This document shows positions 34,002 through 43,306 of a stretch of DNA of 64,000 nucleotides, one piece after another. The DNA is from an uncultured Eubacteriales bacterium (GTDB lineage Bacteria > Bacillota > Clostridia > Christensenellales > Aristaeellaceae): assembly GCA_902799465.1 (NCBI GenBank), contig CADCAS010000001.1:80055-144054 (forward strand). The letters are read 5' to 3'. The notes under the pieces were generated by a model that was given only the letters and a program-made list of their open reading frames with translations, was not told the origin of the DNA and made no database searches. Position 1 is the first letter of the stretch; the number at the start of each line of letters is the position of its first letter. The position numbers and the translations under genes are program-made.

Positions 34002-35246
34002 ATGAATATGTGGCCATTCAAAAGGCGGAAAAACGAGGTCAAGGCGCGGGACGAGCCCCGGCAGGTGAACCGCAACCGGAATCTGCGGATGATCAACCGG
34101 CCGCGGGCGGACAACACGATCCAGGGGAACGAGGCCATCTACGCGGCGGTGTCGCGGATCGCGAACACCATGGGCATGATCCCGATGCACATCTACAAGG
34201 ACTACGCCATACAGCCGAAGCATCCGCTGGAGCGGCTGCTGGCGCTGGAGCCGAATCCGAACTTCACGGCCTTCGGCTTCCGGCAGACCATGGAGGTGCT
34301 GCGCAACACCGAGGGCAACGCCTACGCGCTGCGGGTATTGGACAGGTTGGGCGGGCTTCTGCGGCTGGACATCCTGAACCCCACGCGGGTGCAGCCCATG
34401 CGGGATCCGGCGGACGGCTCGACCTGGTATCAGATCATGCTGGACGATGGGGTGGCCTACACCATACCCGGCTACATGGTGCTGAACCTCCGGCACATGT
34501 CGGCCAACGGGGAAAAGGGCATCCGGCCCATCGACGTGCTGCGCAAAAGCCTGGACTACGACGCGCAGGTGAAGGCGCTGTCGCTGGACCAGCTGGACGG
34601 CGTGAACCACGGCATCATGCTGACGGTGCCCAACAGCGGCCTCAGCCAGGAGCAGAAGGACGACCTGGTGGATCGCTTCCTGGAGACCTATGAAAAAAGC
34701 AACCGGTCCGTGGTGGTGCTGGAGGGCGGCCTGACGGCGACGAACTTCTCCTCCTCACCGGTGGACAGCCAGCTGCTGGACGTGGAAAGGATCACCCGGA
34801 ACCGCGTGGCGACGGTCTACAACCTGCCGCCCCATATGCTGGGCGATTATTCGGACACGTCCTTCTCCACGGCCGAGCAGCAGATGCAGGAGTTTTTGCA
34901 GCTGACCATCATCCCCATCGTTCAGCAGTGGGAGGACGAGTTCAACCGGAAGCTGCTGACGCCGGAGGAGTTCGCCGTCGGCTACCGCATCCGCTTCGAC
35001 ACCGACGCGCTGACCCGTGCGGACACGCTGGCGACGGCGCAGACCAACCAGATGGCGATTCGCGGCGGCTGGCGCAAGCCCAACGAGGTCAGACAGAGCG
35101 AATACCGCCCGCCGGACCCCTACGGCGATCACCTGATGAGCAGCCGCGACATACTGCCGCTGCGCATCATGGTGGACAATCCCGAATTGCTTTTGGGGGC
35201 GGCTTCGGCGGTGAAGCAGGAGAAGAAGGAAGGTGAGAACAAGTGA
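34002..35246 (+). CDS. portal protein (HK97-family-like)
   Basis: 414 aa after terL; NEAIYAAVSRIANTMG..., LEGGL..., PPHMLGD motifs. Confidence 0.88.
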   Translation: MNMWPFKRRKNEVKARDEPRQVNRNRNLRMINRPRADNTIQGNEAIYAAVSRIANTMGMIPMHIYKDYAIQPKHPLERLLALEPNPNFTAFGFRQTMEVLRNTEGNAYALRVLDRLGGLLRLDILNPTRVQPMRDPADGSTWYQIMLDDGVAYTIPGYMVLNLRHMSANGEKGIRPIDVLRKSLDYDAQVKALSLDQLDGVNHGIMLTVPNSGLSQEQKDDLVDRFLETYEKSNRSVVVLEGGLTATNFSSSPVDSQLLDVERITRNRVATVYNLPPHMLGDYSDTSFSTAEQQMQEFLQLTIIPIVQQWEDEFNRKLLTPEEFAVGYRIRFDTDALTRADTLATAQTNQMAIRGGWRKPNEVRQSEYRPPDPYGDHLMSSRDILPLRIMVDNPELLLGAASAVKQEKKEGENK

Positions 35247-36061
35247 GACGGTTTTGGAATTTCCGAAACGATGTGAACCAGCCCGAGGACGGTGTGCTGA
35301 CGGTGGACGGCGTGCTGATGACGGACGACTGGTGGGACGACGATGACGGCGTGACATCCTCGCGGGCGTTCAAAAAGGCGCTGGCGAAGTACCGGAACGT
35401 CACGGTGGTCATCAACAGTCCCGGCGGCGACGTGATGGCCGGGGCGGAGATGTACTCCGCGCTGAGGGAGCATTCCACCAGCGGGAAGGGCAGGGTCACG
35501 GTGAAGATCACGGCCCTGGCGGCCAGCGCGGCGAGCGTCGTGGCCATGGCGGGCGACGAGATCCTGATGAGCCCGGTGGCGTACATGATGGTCCACAACC
35601 CGTGGAGCTTCATGGCCGGCAACGCCGACGACATGCGCAAGGAGGCCGACGCGCTGGACGAGATCGCGGAGGGCATCATCAACGCCTACCAGCTGCGCAC
35701 CCACAAGAGCCGGGCGAAGCTGAAGGAGCTGATGGACGGCGAGAGCTACATGAACGCCCGGCGGTGCATCGCGGAGGGCTTCGCGGACGGGCTGCTGTAC
35801 GAGGCTCCGATGGAGCCCGATGAAGAGGAACCGGAGGAGGACGACCCCGACGAGGAAGAGGGCGTGCTGATGAAGGCCAAGGACTTCGGCATCGGTCGGG
35901 CCGTGGCCTGCGCGATAGCGCACGGGATGAAGGTGAACCCGCTGCGGACGCGCAGCGCAAAGGCTCCGAACGCTGCGGAAATGCAGCATGAGGACAGCCT
36001 TGAGGATGAGATCCGGCTGGACATCGCCATGCGGGCGGAAATGATCGCAAGCCTGTTTTGA
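35243..36061 (+). CDS. ClpP-like (S14) prohead protease
   Basis: INSPGGDVMAG...ALAASAASVVAMAGD...MMVHNPW; acidic C-terminal extension. Confidence 0.9.
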   Translation: MRRFWNFRNDVNQPEDGVLTVDGVLMTDDWWDDDDGVTSSRAFKKALAKYRNVTVVINSPGGDVMAGAEMYSALREHSTSGKGRVTVKITALAASAASVVAMAGDEILMSPVAYMMVHNPWSFMAGNADDMRKEADALDEIAEGIINAYQLRTHKSRAKLKELMDGESYMNARRCIAEGFADGLLYEAPMEPDEEEPEEDDPDEEEGVLMKAKDFGIGRAVACAIAHGMKVNPLRTRSAKAPNAAEMQHEDSLEDEIRLDIAMRAEMIASLF

Positions 36062-36063
36062 TC

Positions 36064-36087
36064 AAAAGCGTCAGCGCTGACGCTTTT
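36064..36087. repeat. 24-bp palindrome, copy 5
   Basis: AAAAGCGTCAGCGCTGACGCTTTT, between the protease and capsid genes. Confidence 0.9.
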
Positions 36088-36109
36088 CGAATGTAAGGAG
36101 GACAACAAA

Positions 36110-37339
36110 ATGAACGAGCTTCAGAGACTCATGAACGAGATCACCAATCTGGGCAATCAGATCCGGGCGGCGGCGATGGCGCTGGCGAACCGGGCGATGG
36201 ACAGCAATGTGAGCATCGACGACGTGAAGAAGGACCAGGCCGCGCTGGATGCGATGAAGCAGCGGCTGGCGGCGCTCCAGGCGGCCTACGATGTGCAGGT
36301 TCAGACGGCTGCGGACGGTGTTCAGCCCACCGGCAGCGAGGGCCAGAAGAAGAGCCTGAAGGACATGCTGAAGTCCAACGAGTACGCGCGGGCGTTTGCC
36401 TATGCCATCCAGAACGGCATCGGCCGCAAGAACGGCCGGGGCAACGAGCAGGTGAAGATCCTCTACGACGCGCTGACCGAATCCGGCGGCACGCCCGTGG
36501 GCAGCGACGGCGGCTTCCTGGTGCCGGAGGACATCGACCACTCCATCCGCGAGCTGCGCAGGACGCTGAACCCGCTGGCGCAGTATTTCGGCGAGGAGAA
36601 CGTCACCGCGCCCACCGGCTGGCGCGTGGTGGACACCGCGCCCACGAGGGGCCTGGTGGACGTGAACGAGATGGGCCAGATCAACGCGAACGACGACAAG
36701 CCCTTCTTCAAGAAGGTGCCCTACAGCACCAGCAAGAAGGCGCTGATCCTGCCCGTGTCCAACGAGCTGGCCACCGACAACGTGGCGAACCTGTTCGCGT
36801 ACCTGAGCCAGTGGTTCGCCAAGAAGCTGGTGATCACCGAGAACGCCATGCTGGTGGCGCTGCTGCGGTCCCTGACCGCCGTGGACATCTCCACCGACCC
36901 GCTGGCGGGCATCAAGAAGGCGCTGAACGTGGACCTCGACCCGGCCATCGCCGCGGTCTCCACGATCATCACCAACCAGTCGGGCTTCAACGAGCTGGAC
37001 AACCTGCTGGACGACAACAAGCGTCCCCTGCTGCAGCCCGATCCCACCAACGCCACCGTGAACCGCATCAAGGGCCACACCGTGGCCGTGGCGAGCGACG
37101 CCACGCTGCCGAACGTCACCAGCGGCGAGGGCCAGAGCGCTACCTCTGCCGCGGATATCTTCATCGGCGACGGCAAGGAGTTCGCCACCCTGTTCCGCGT
37201 GGGCGGCTTCGAGCTGGCGAGCACTGACATCGGTGGCAGCGCCTGGCGCACCAATTCCACCGAGATCCGCGGCATCGCGCGCCTGGGCGTGACCCTGTTC
37301 GACGACAAGGCCATGGTCCGCCGCAGCCTGACGGTCTGA
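36110..37339 (+). CDS. major capsid protein (HK97 fold)
   Basis: 409 aa with an N-terminal coiled-coil delta domain; sits after the protease. Confidence 0.9.
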   Translation: MNELQRLMNEITNLGNQIRAAAMALANRAMDSNVSIDDVKKDQAALDAMKQRLAALQAAYDVQVQTAADGVQPTGSEGQKKSLKDMLKSNEYARAFAYAIQNGIGRKNGRGNEQVKILYDALTESGGTPVGSDGGFLVPEDIDHSIRELRRTLNPLAQYFGEENVTAPTGWRVVDTAPTRGLVDVNEMGQINANDDKPFFKKVPYSTSKKALILPVSNELATDNVANLFAYLSQWFAKKLVITENAMLVALLRSLTAVDISTDPLAGIKKALNVDLDPAIAAVSTIITNQSGFNELDNLLDDNKRPLLQPDPTNATVNRIKGHTVAVASDATLPNVTSGEGQSATSAADIFIGDGKEFATLFRVGGFELASTDIGGSAWRTNSTEIRGIARLGVTLFDDKAMVRRSLTV

Positions 37340-37355
37340 TCCGGAGGGCAGCGCA

Positions 37356-37607
37356 ATGGCGATTGAGAGATCAGAGAGCCAGCAGACCACCTGCAACGCC
37401 ACCGCCGTCATCGACGGTGAGCGCAAGCAGGTGGCCAGCGCCACCTGCTCCATCCGCCCGGGCAAGAGCATGACCTTCTCGGTGGACGTCCAGGCGGACC
37501 TGAGCCAGCTGAGCGAGGAGGACCGCACCGCCGTGGTCACTATGTTCGAGGATTACCTGGCGGAAGAACAGATGAAGGCCAGCGAGCTGGGCATACCAAT
37601 CAACTGA
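37356..37607 (+). CDS. hypothetical head-associated protein
   Basis: 83-aa ORF directly after the capsid gene. Confidence 0.55.
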   Translation: MAIERSESQQTTCNATAVIDGERKQVASATCSIRPGKSMTFSVDVQADLSQLSEEDRTAVVTMFEDYLAEEQMKASELGIPIN

Positions 37608-37617
37608 GGTGATGAGC

Positions 37618-37884
37618 ATGGTGGACGTGGATTACATCCGCAGGTTTGCGGGCGCCGATCCGGAGGACGATGCCCTGCTGGAATCCATGCGGGACGCCGC
37701 GGTGGAATGGTATGAAAAGGCGGGCGTGCCCAGGACGACGGAAGGGGCGCTTTACGCCTTTTGGGTGGCGAATTTAGCGGCCTGGATGTATGACAACCGG
37801 GGCAATGCCGACGCGCAGGCCGCGATCCCGGCCTACATTGTCACCAGCGTCCACCAGTTACGCCCTGCGGGAGGTTCCACATGA
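37618..37884 (+). CDS. head-tail connector (gp6-like)
   Basis: Synteny plus VDYIRRFAGADPEDDALLESMRDAAVEWYEKAG; GAGGTG RBS 6 nt before the ATG at 37618. Confidence 0.7.
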   Translation: MVDVDYIRRFAGADPEDDALLESMRDAAVEWYEKAGVPRTTEGALYAFWVANLAAWMYDNRGNADAQAAIPAYIVTSVHQLRPAGGST

Positions 37885-38219
37885 GCATCAAAGCTGGAGA
37901 TCTGCGGCATGTTGTGACGCTGCAAAAGCCCGGAAACACCGTGAACGAGAAGGGCCGCAGGATCACCGGCTGGGTGGACGTGGCCATCGTGCGCGCGGGC
38001 AAGGCCGACGTCTCCGGCCGGGAGTTCTACGTGGCGCAGGCCTATCACGCGGAGGATGTGGTGACGTTCACGCTGCGGTATCGCAGCGACGTCACCACCC
38101 AGTGGCGGCTTAAACATCACGGCGCGGTTTACAACATCTTAGAGGTCAACCATCTGGGCTATATGCGCGACTACATGAGGCTCAAGTGCAGATTGGTGAC
38201 CGGGGAGGCGAATCACTGA
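37881..38219 (+). CDS. head-closure / head-tail adaptor protein
   Basis: GDLRHVVTLQKP...GREFYVAQA...FTLRYR pattern typical of SPP1 gp16-like proteins. Confidence 0.75.
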   Translation: MSIKAGDLRHVVTLQKPGNTVNEKGRRITGWVDVAIVRAGKADVSGREFYVAQAYHAEDVVTFTLRYRSDVTTQWRLKHHGAVYNILEVNHLGYMRDYMRLKCRLVTGEANH

Positions 38220-38644
38220 TGGGAACCTTTTCATGCAGCGGCATCGGCGCGGAGCTGGAGAAGTTCGACCTGAAGCGCAGGGGCGCGGACGAGGCCATCA
38301 GCAAGGCCGTGAAGGCCGGCGGCCAGGTGCTGGCGAAGCGGCTGAAGGACGCCGCGCCGGAGAGAAGCGGCGGGCTCAAGAGGAGCATCAAGGCCAGCAA
38401 GGTGGAATACAACGCCGGGGACGGCTTCCACTGCAACGTGGGCCCGGATGGGAAGGACGCGCACGGCGTGCCATACGCCAAGATCGGGAACATACTGGAA
38501 TACGGCCGAAGCGCACAGGCGCGGGACCCGGGCCGAGACGTGACGGCCATGCCGAAGAAGCCCTGGTTCGTGCCGACGGTGAACAGCGCGGAGAATGAGG
38601 TCGTGCAGGCCATGCGCGACGCCTTCAACGGAGCACAGAAATGA
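38219..38644 (+). CDS. HK97 gp10-family tail-neck protein
   Basis: Synteny plus GGLKRSIKA...YAKIGNILEYG; ATGA overlap with the previous gene. Confidence 0.7.
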   Translation: MGTFSCSGIGAELEKFDLKRRGADEAISKAVKAGGQVLAKRLKDAAPERSGGLKRSIKASKVEYNAGDGFHCNVGPDGKDAHGVPYAKIGNILEYGRSAQARDPGRDVTAMPKKPWFVPTVNSAENEVVQAMRDAFNGAQK

Positions 38645-38997
38645 GCGATTTACTGACAACTGATGTCGTTCAGCAATTCTTCTATGGAGCGCTGAAGGAC
38701 ATGCCCGTGCCGGTGAGCCAGCCGCCGGGGGATTCGGAGGCCGAGACGTGGATCACGTTTAACGAGGTTTCCGCCGACAGCCGCACAGCATCCAACGGTG
38801 TGCAGCGGGTTCGCCACCTGGTGCAGCTGCACGGCTGGAGCCATAGCCAGGACGACGATCACCGCGTGGCCTTCTTCATGGCGATTGAGCTGCTGAAGGC
38901 CGCGGGGGTCCGGGTGTTTGGCTACGGCATGGACGAATATGAGCAGGACACGGGAATCCACCATATCGCATGTACGTGTGAGTGGTGGCAACGATAG
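38641..38997 (+). CDS. putative tail-completion protein
   Basis: 118-aa ORF between the gp10-like and major tail genes. Confidence 0.55.
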   Translation: MSDLLTTDVVQQFFYGALKDMPVPVSQPPGDSEAETWITFNEVSADSRTASNGVQRVRHLVQLHGWSHSQDDDHRVAFFMAIELLKAAGVRVFGYGMDEYEQDTGIHHIACTCEWWQR

Positions 38998-39016
38998 TTT
39001 ATAGGAGGGTAATAAA

Positions 39017-39640
39017 ATGCCTAACGATAACAACACTGCCCTTCAGGGGGCGAATGCCTATTCCGAGGGCTACTTTTACGGTGTCCTCGACATCTATTAT
39101 GCGGTGATGAAGACGCCGGACGGCCCGAAGGTGAAGCCCACCTATGATCCCTACGAGGTGCTGGGCAAGACCATCGAGGTGACCATCACGCCCAATTACA
39201 AGGAGGGCAAGGTGTTCGCGTCGAACGTGGCCACCCGCAACGAGAAGCGCGTGGACAGCTACACCGTGTCCATCAACCTGGACAAGGTGCCCTACGCGGT
39301 GCGGGAGGAGATCCTGGGCCGGATGAAGGACTCCAACGGCGTGCAGATCATCAAGGGCAATCAGATCGCGCCCTATGTGGCCATCGCCTTCGCCCTGACG
39401 CTGGACGACGGCAGCAAGGAGCTTTGGACCCTGTACAAGGGCAAGTTCTCTGAGATGTCTCAGACCGGCCACACCGACAGCGATTCCATGACCTATCAGC
39501 ATCCGACCATCGAGGCGACCTTCATCCGCCGCGAATGCGACGACGCGCTGGCTGCCATCGCCGCCACCGCGGACGAGAATGTCATGGAGACCGTGGAGGC
39601 CGGCTGGTTCGAGCAGGTCTACGAAGTGCCCGCGGCATAA
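39017..39640 (+). CDS. major tail protein (phi13-family-like)
   Basis: 207 aa upstream of the chaperone pair; no sheath gene is present. Confidence 0.75.
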   Translation: MPNDNNTALQGANAYSEGYFYGVLDIYYAVMKTPDGPKVKPTYDPYEVLGKTIEVTITPNYKEGKVFASNVATRNEKRVDSYTVSINLDKVPYAVREEILGRMKDSNGVQIIKGNQIAPYVAIAFALTLDDGSKELWTLYKGKFSEMSQTGHTDSDSMTYQHPTIEATFIRRECDDALAAIAATADENVMETVEAGWFEQVYEVPAA

Positions 39641-39652
39641 GGAGAACGATCA

Positions 39653-40036
39653 ATGGAGAACAAGGAAGTAACGGGGCGGGATATTTCCCGTCCCACCGAT
39701 CATCTGGAGCTGGGCGGCGTTGACTATCCGCTGGCCTTCGACCTGGCCTGCATGCGGGTAGCGGAGGACGTTTATGAGGTCCAGTACGGGCGCAACGTGA
39801 ACTTCGCGAACATCGTGATGTATCTGGCGGCGGGCAAGCTGGGCGCCATCATGGCAATCCTCTACGGCGCGCTGCTGTCCGGGGCGAAGGCGCACAAGGT
39901 CGAGCCGCTGACCTGGGAGGAGTTCACGGAGAAGTTCCGGCTGACCAGCATCCCGGCGGTGAAGGAGCTGCTGATGGAGCGGGTAAAGGACGCGCTGCCG
40001 AAGGCGGAGGGCGAGGGTGAAAACCCTCCTCAGTAG
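39653..40036 (+). CDS. tail assembly chaperone (gpG-like)
   Basis: 127 aa, acidic, positioned after the major tail gene. Confidence 0.7.
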   Translation: MENKEVTGRDISRPTDHLELGGVDYPLAFDLACMRVAEDVYEVQYGRNVNFANIVMYLAAGKLGAIMAILYGALLSGAKAHKVEPLTWEEFTEKFRLTSIPAVKELLMERVKDALPKAEGEGENPPQ

Positions 40037-40269
40037 GCCGGGAGGACGACCACACCTTCCCCTGGCTTGAGCTGTATTCCGGGGCGCTGGAGGTGGGAAT
40101 GGACCCGGCAACGTTCTGGGCATCCAGCCCGCGGGCGGTGTTTCTGGTGATTCGGGAAAGGCGACGGAGGACCTCATCCGTCTCGCGCTATGCGCGATCC
40201 ACCTTCCCCAGAGGGGAAGGCAAAGGACGACCGGCGAAGGTGCGGCTGAACAGATTGCCGCACCCGTGA
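40021..40269 (+). CDS. -1 frameshift extension of the tail assembly chaperone (gpT-like); no start codon of its own
   Basis: The -1 frame is open from 40021 (a TGA lies at 40018-20) and overlaps the last 16 nt of the chaperone gene. Hand translation KPSSVGREDDHTFPWLELYSGALEVGMDPATFWASSPRAVFLVI... Confidence 0.6.
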   Translation, partial: KPSSVGREDDHTFPWLELYSGALEVGMDPATFWASSPRAVFLVIRERRRRTSSVSRYARSTFPRGEGKGRPAKVRLNRLPHP

Positions 40270-40280
40270 GGATTGCAGAA

Positions 40281-40317
40281 GGAGGAACGTTTTAAGTGGC
40301 GTTCCTCCATTTTTTTT
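40281..40317 (+). terminator. rho-independent terminator immediately after the chaperone genes
   Basis: GGAGGAACG ... CGTTCCTCC stem, then ATTTTTTTT. Confidence 0.7.
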
Positions 40318-40333
40318 GTAAGGGGGCGATGCT

Positions 40334-41110
40334 GTGATTGTGGGCAGCACGGGCTTTTCTTTTGGCGGCGTGCACAGCCGGGACGACATGGGGCTGATCT
40401 ACGCGGAGAAGGACGGCCACGTCATGATCCCGGAGATCAAGCGCAACGCCTACAGCATCGCCGGCATGAGCGGCACGGTGCTGATGCCCGGCGAGGCCTG
40501 GCAGACGTTCTTTTTGGAGGGAACGCTCTACCCCGCGGAGGAGCCGCGCACGCTGGCGGACGCCCAGGCGCTGCTTCGGGACATCGTTGCCTGGCTGACC
40601 GCCGGGCGGCAGCGGCTGATCTTCGACTATGAGCCGGGGGTCTACTACCTGGCGGAGATCTCCACGGCCAGCAAGTACAGCCTGCGCAACTGGTTCGGCG
40701 GCGAGCTGCCGATCCGGTTCACGGTGCAGCCGTTCGCGTACAGCGTGGAGGAGCGATCGAGCACCGTGGAGACCGCCTCGAGCAGCGCCACGGTCCAGCT
40801 GAACGTCGAGACCGGCCAGAGGGCGCCGCTGAAGCTGACGATCGAAAACACCGGCACGGCAGCCATCACGCGGGTGACGATCCAGGGCATCACTCTGAAG
40901 AACATGAACCTCGCCCACGGGCAGACGCTGGTGATCGACTGCGAGCCGCCCATGGGGGCGACGGTCGGCAATGAGAGCGCCATGCAGTATGCCGCGGCCT
41001 TCGCGCCGGTCATGCTGGACAACGGCGTGAACAGGATCCCGGTATCGCTGTCCTACGGCGGCGGCACGGTGCGGGCGAGGATCACGGCTTCGGCGAGGGG
41101 GCGGTGGTAA
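40334..41110 (+). CDS. distal tail protein (Dit, siphovirus tail family)
   Basis: GTG start; FSFGGVHSRDDMGLIY...GTLYP...IRFTVQPFAYS pattern. Confidence 0.75.
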   Translation: MIVGSTGFSFGGVHSRDDMGLIYAEKDGHVMIPEIKRNAYSIAGMSGTVLMPGEAWQTFFLEGTLYPAEEPRTLADAQALLRDIVAWLTAGRQRLIFDYEPGVYYLAEISTASKYSLRNWFGGELPIRFTVQPFAYSVEERSSTVETASSSATVQLNVETGQRAPLKLTIENTGTAAITRVTIQGITLKNMNLAHGQTLVIDCEPPMGATVGNESAMQYAAAFAPVMLDNGVNRIPVSLSYGGGTVRARITASARGRW

Positions 41111-43285
41111 ATGGAGTATTTGAGCGTTTACGACCAGGACGGCACGATGCTAGCCGTGCTGGATCACGCGGACAAGATCGGCTACGTTCTCAAGCACAAC
41201 GACCTCTGGACGGGGTCGTTTTCGCTGCCCTCCGGAGATCCGGCGAACGCCTTTTGTCAGGCGCACAACCTGGTGCGACTGCCGGACGGGAGCCGGGACA
41301 CGGGCCTCTTCCGGATCGTCGGCATGCCCAGCGGCGAGGAGTCCGCGATGGGCGGCGTGCGCACCTACAACCTGGAACATGTGATGGCCACGCTGCTGGA
41401 CGACGTCCTCTTTGGGTATCACGAGGTGGGCGGCACCGGGGTCAATACCCGGCAGGTGATGGAGTACATCCTGGGAAAGCAGACAGTGCGGCGCTGGCAG
41501 CTGGGCGCGTGCGAGTTCAACGACTACTTCCAGTATCACTTTGAAAACGTGTCGCTGCTGTCGGCGCTGCTTTCATTGGGCGAGGTTTTGACGGAGGAAT
41601 ACACGTGGGACTTCGACACCGACACGACGCCCTGGACGGTGAACCTGCGGCGGGCCGACAGTGCGCCCGGCTGCGGCATCCACTACGGGCGGAATCTGGT
41701 GAGCATCACAAAGACCATGGACGCCTCCGCGCTGGTGACGCGGCTGTATCCGCTGGGATACGGCGAGGGCGTGAACCAGCTGACCATCCGGGACGCGAAC
41801 GGGGGTCTCCCCTACCTCGACGCCGACACCATCGCCACCTGGGGCGTGAAGTGCAGCGTCTGGACGGACACGAGGATCCAGGACGCTCAGACGCTGAAAG
41901 CCCGGGGCCTTCAGGTGCTGGACGGATACAAGAATCCCTACATCACCTATACCGCGAAGGCCATCGACCTGTATCTGATCACCGGCTACAGCTGGGACAA
42001 CTACATGCCCGGCAAGCTGGTCAAGGTGATGGACTCGGAGCACGGGATCGACTTCGACGCGCGGATCGTGGAGATCGGCAAGCGGGACGTGAACGGCGAT
42101 CCCGGCGACATCGAGATCACCATCGCCAACACGCCCAGGGACGCGGCGGATTCTATCAACACGCTGGCGGACCGCGTGGGCATCGGCGAGCTCTACAGCC
42201 AGGGCGCGACGAACCTGTTCGCCATCCCCTTCGCCGACAACGCGGACGAAAACCACCCGGCGAAATTCCGCGTTTACATCCCCGCGGGGATGGTGCGGAT
42301 CAACAAGATGCAGCTGACGTGGCAGCTCCAGCCCTTCCGGGCCTATTCCACCGGCGCGGCTGCCGGCGGCAGCACCACGAAGACCAGCAGCAGCGGCGGC
42401 GGCGGCGCGGTGACGACGCGCACGTCGGACGATGTGCAGCAGACCAGCGAATACGGGGGCAAGACGACCATCACCCAGCCGGAACGCGTGCTGACCGACG
42501 ACATCATCGCCGACCTGGGATGGACGACCGGTCCCTACAAAAACGGCCTGGGCGACCAGGAATACATGGGAAGCACCGACGGCACTGAGCTGACGACCTC
42601 CACGGGCGGCGCACACGCGCACCGGCTGCCGGATCACAGCCACGGCATGAGCCACCACCATCGGGTGGACGCCCACACCCATTCCGTCAACATCGACGCG
42701 GAGGCGGACTGGAATGTCAACATGGTCCATGTGGCGGGCTATACCGGCAACCCGAGCGGCGAGGTCAACACGGGACAGCCCAAGTATCAGGACGATACGA
42801 AGCCCAATACCGACCCGGTGACGGACGCCACGACCTATATGGATGATGGGCATACGCATGATGTGGTCAGGCATGCCCACGGCATGGACCATTTCCACTA
42901 CTTCAAGAGCCTCAAGATCCCGTCATTCGACATTGAGATACCGGACCACAGTCATGCCGTGAAGATACCCGGCCACAACCACACGGTGGACATCCAGCCG
43001 CACACCCACGACGTGACGCTGCCCGACCACGAGCACGGCATCGTGTACGGCATCTATGAAGGCGGCAGGGCCAGCAGCGTGACCATCAACGTGGACGGCG
43101 TGAGCGTTCCCGTCGGCAGCGGCGGCGAGATCGACGTGAGCGGCTACTTATCCAAGGACGACAACGGCAAGATCCGGCGCGGCGCGTGGCACGAGATCCA
43201 GATCGTGCCGGACAGCCTGACGCGCATCGAGGCCAACCTGACCGCGCAGGTTTTTGTGCAGTCGGTCGGCGGGGGCGACTATTGA
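41111..43285 (+). CDS. tail-associated protein (Tal / prophage-tail endopeptidase family) with a His-rich C-terminal region
   Basis: N-terminus MEYLSVYDQDGTMLAVLDHADKIGYVLKHNDLWTGSFSLP is typical of siphovirus Tal. The C-terminus carries at least 9 HxH motifs. Confidence 0.75.
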   Translation: MEYLSVYDQDGTMLAVLDHADKIGYVLKHNDLWTGSFSLPSGDPANAFCQAHNLVRLPDGSRDTGLFRIVGMPSGEESAMGGVRTYNLEHVMATLLDDVLFGYHEVGGTGVNTRQVMEYILGKQTVRRWQLGACEFNDYFQYHFENVSLLSALLSLGEVLTEEYTWDFDTDTTPWTVNLRRADSAPGCGIHYGRNLVSITKTMDASALVTRLYPLGYGEGVNQLTIRDANGGLPYLDADTIATWGVKCSVWTDTRIQDAQTLKARGLQVLDGYKNPYITYTAKAIDLYLITGYSWDNYMPGKLVKVMDSEHGIDFDARIVEIGKRDVNGDPGDIEITIANTPRDAADSINTLADRVGIGELYSQGATNLFAIPFADNADENHPAKFRVYIPAGMVRINKMQLTWQLQPFRAYSTGAAAGGSTTKTSSSGGGGAVTTRTSDDVQQTSEYGGKTTITQPERVLTDDIIADLGWTTGPYKNGLGDQEYMGSTDGTELTTSTGGAHAHRLPDHSHGMSHHHRVDAHTHSVNIDAEADWNVNMVHVAGYTGNPSGEVNTGQPKYQDDTKPNTDPVTDATTYMDDGHTHDVVRHAHGMDHFHYFKSLKIPSFDIEIPDHSHAVKIPGHNHTVDIQPHTHDVTLPDHEHGIVYGIYEGGRASSVTINVDGVSVPVGSGGEIDVSGYLSKDDNGKIRRGAWHEIQIVPDSLTRIEANLTAQVFVQSVGGGDY

Positions 43286-43306
43286 TTGAGAGGAGGACTA
43301 AAGAAC

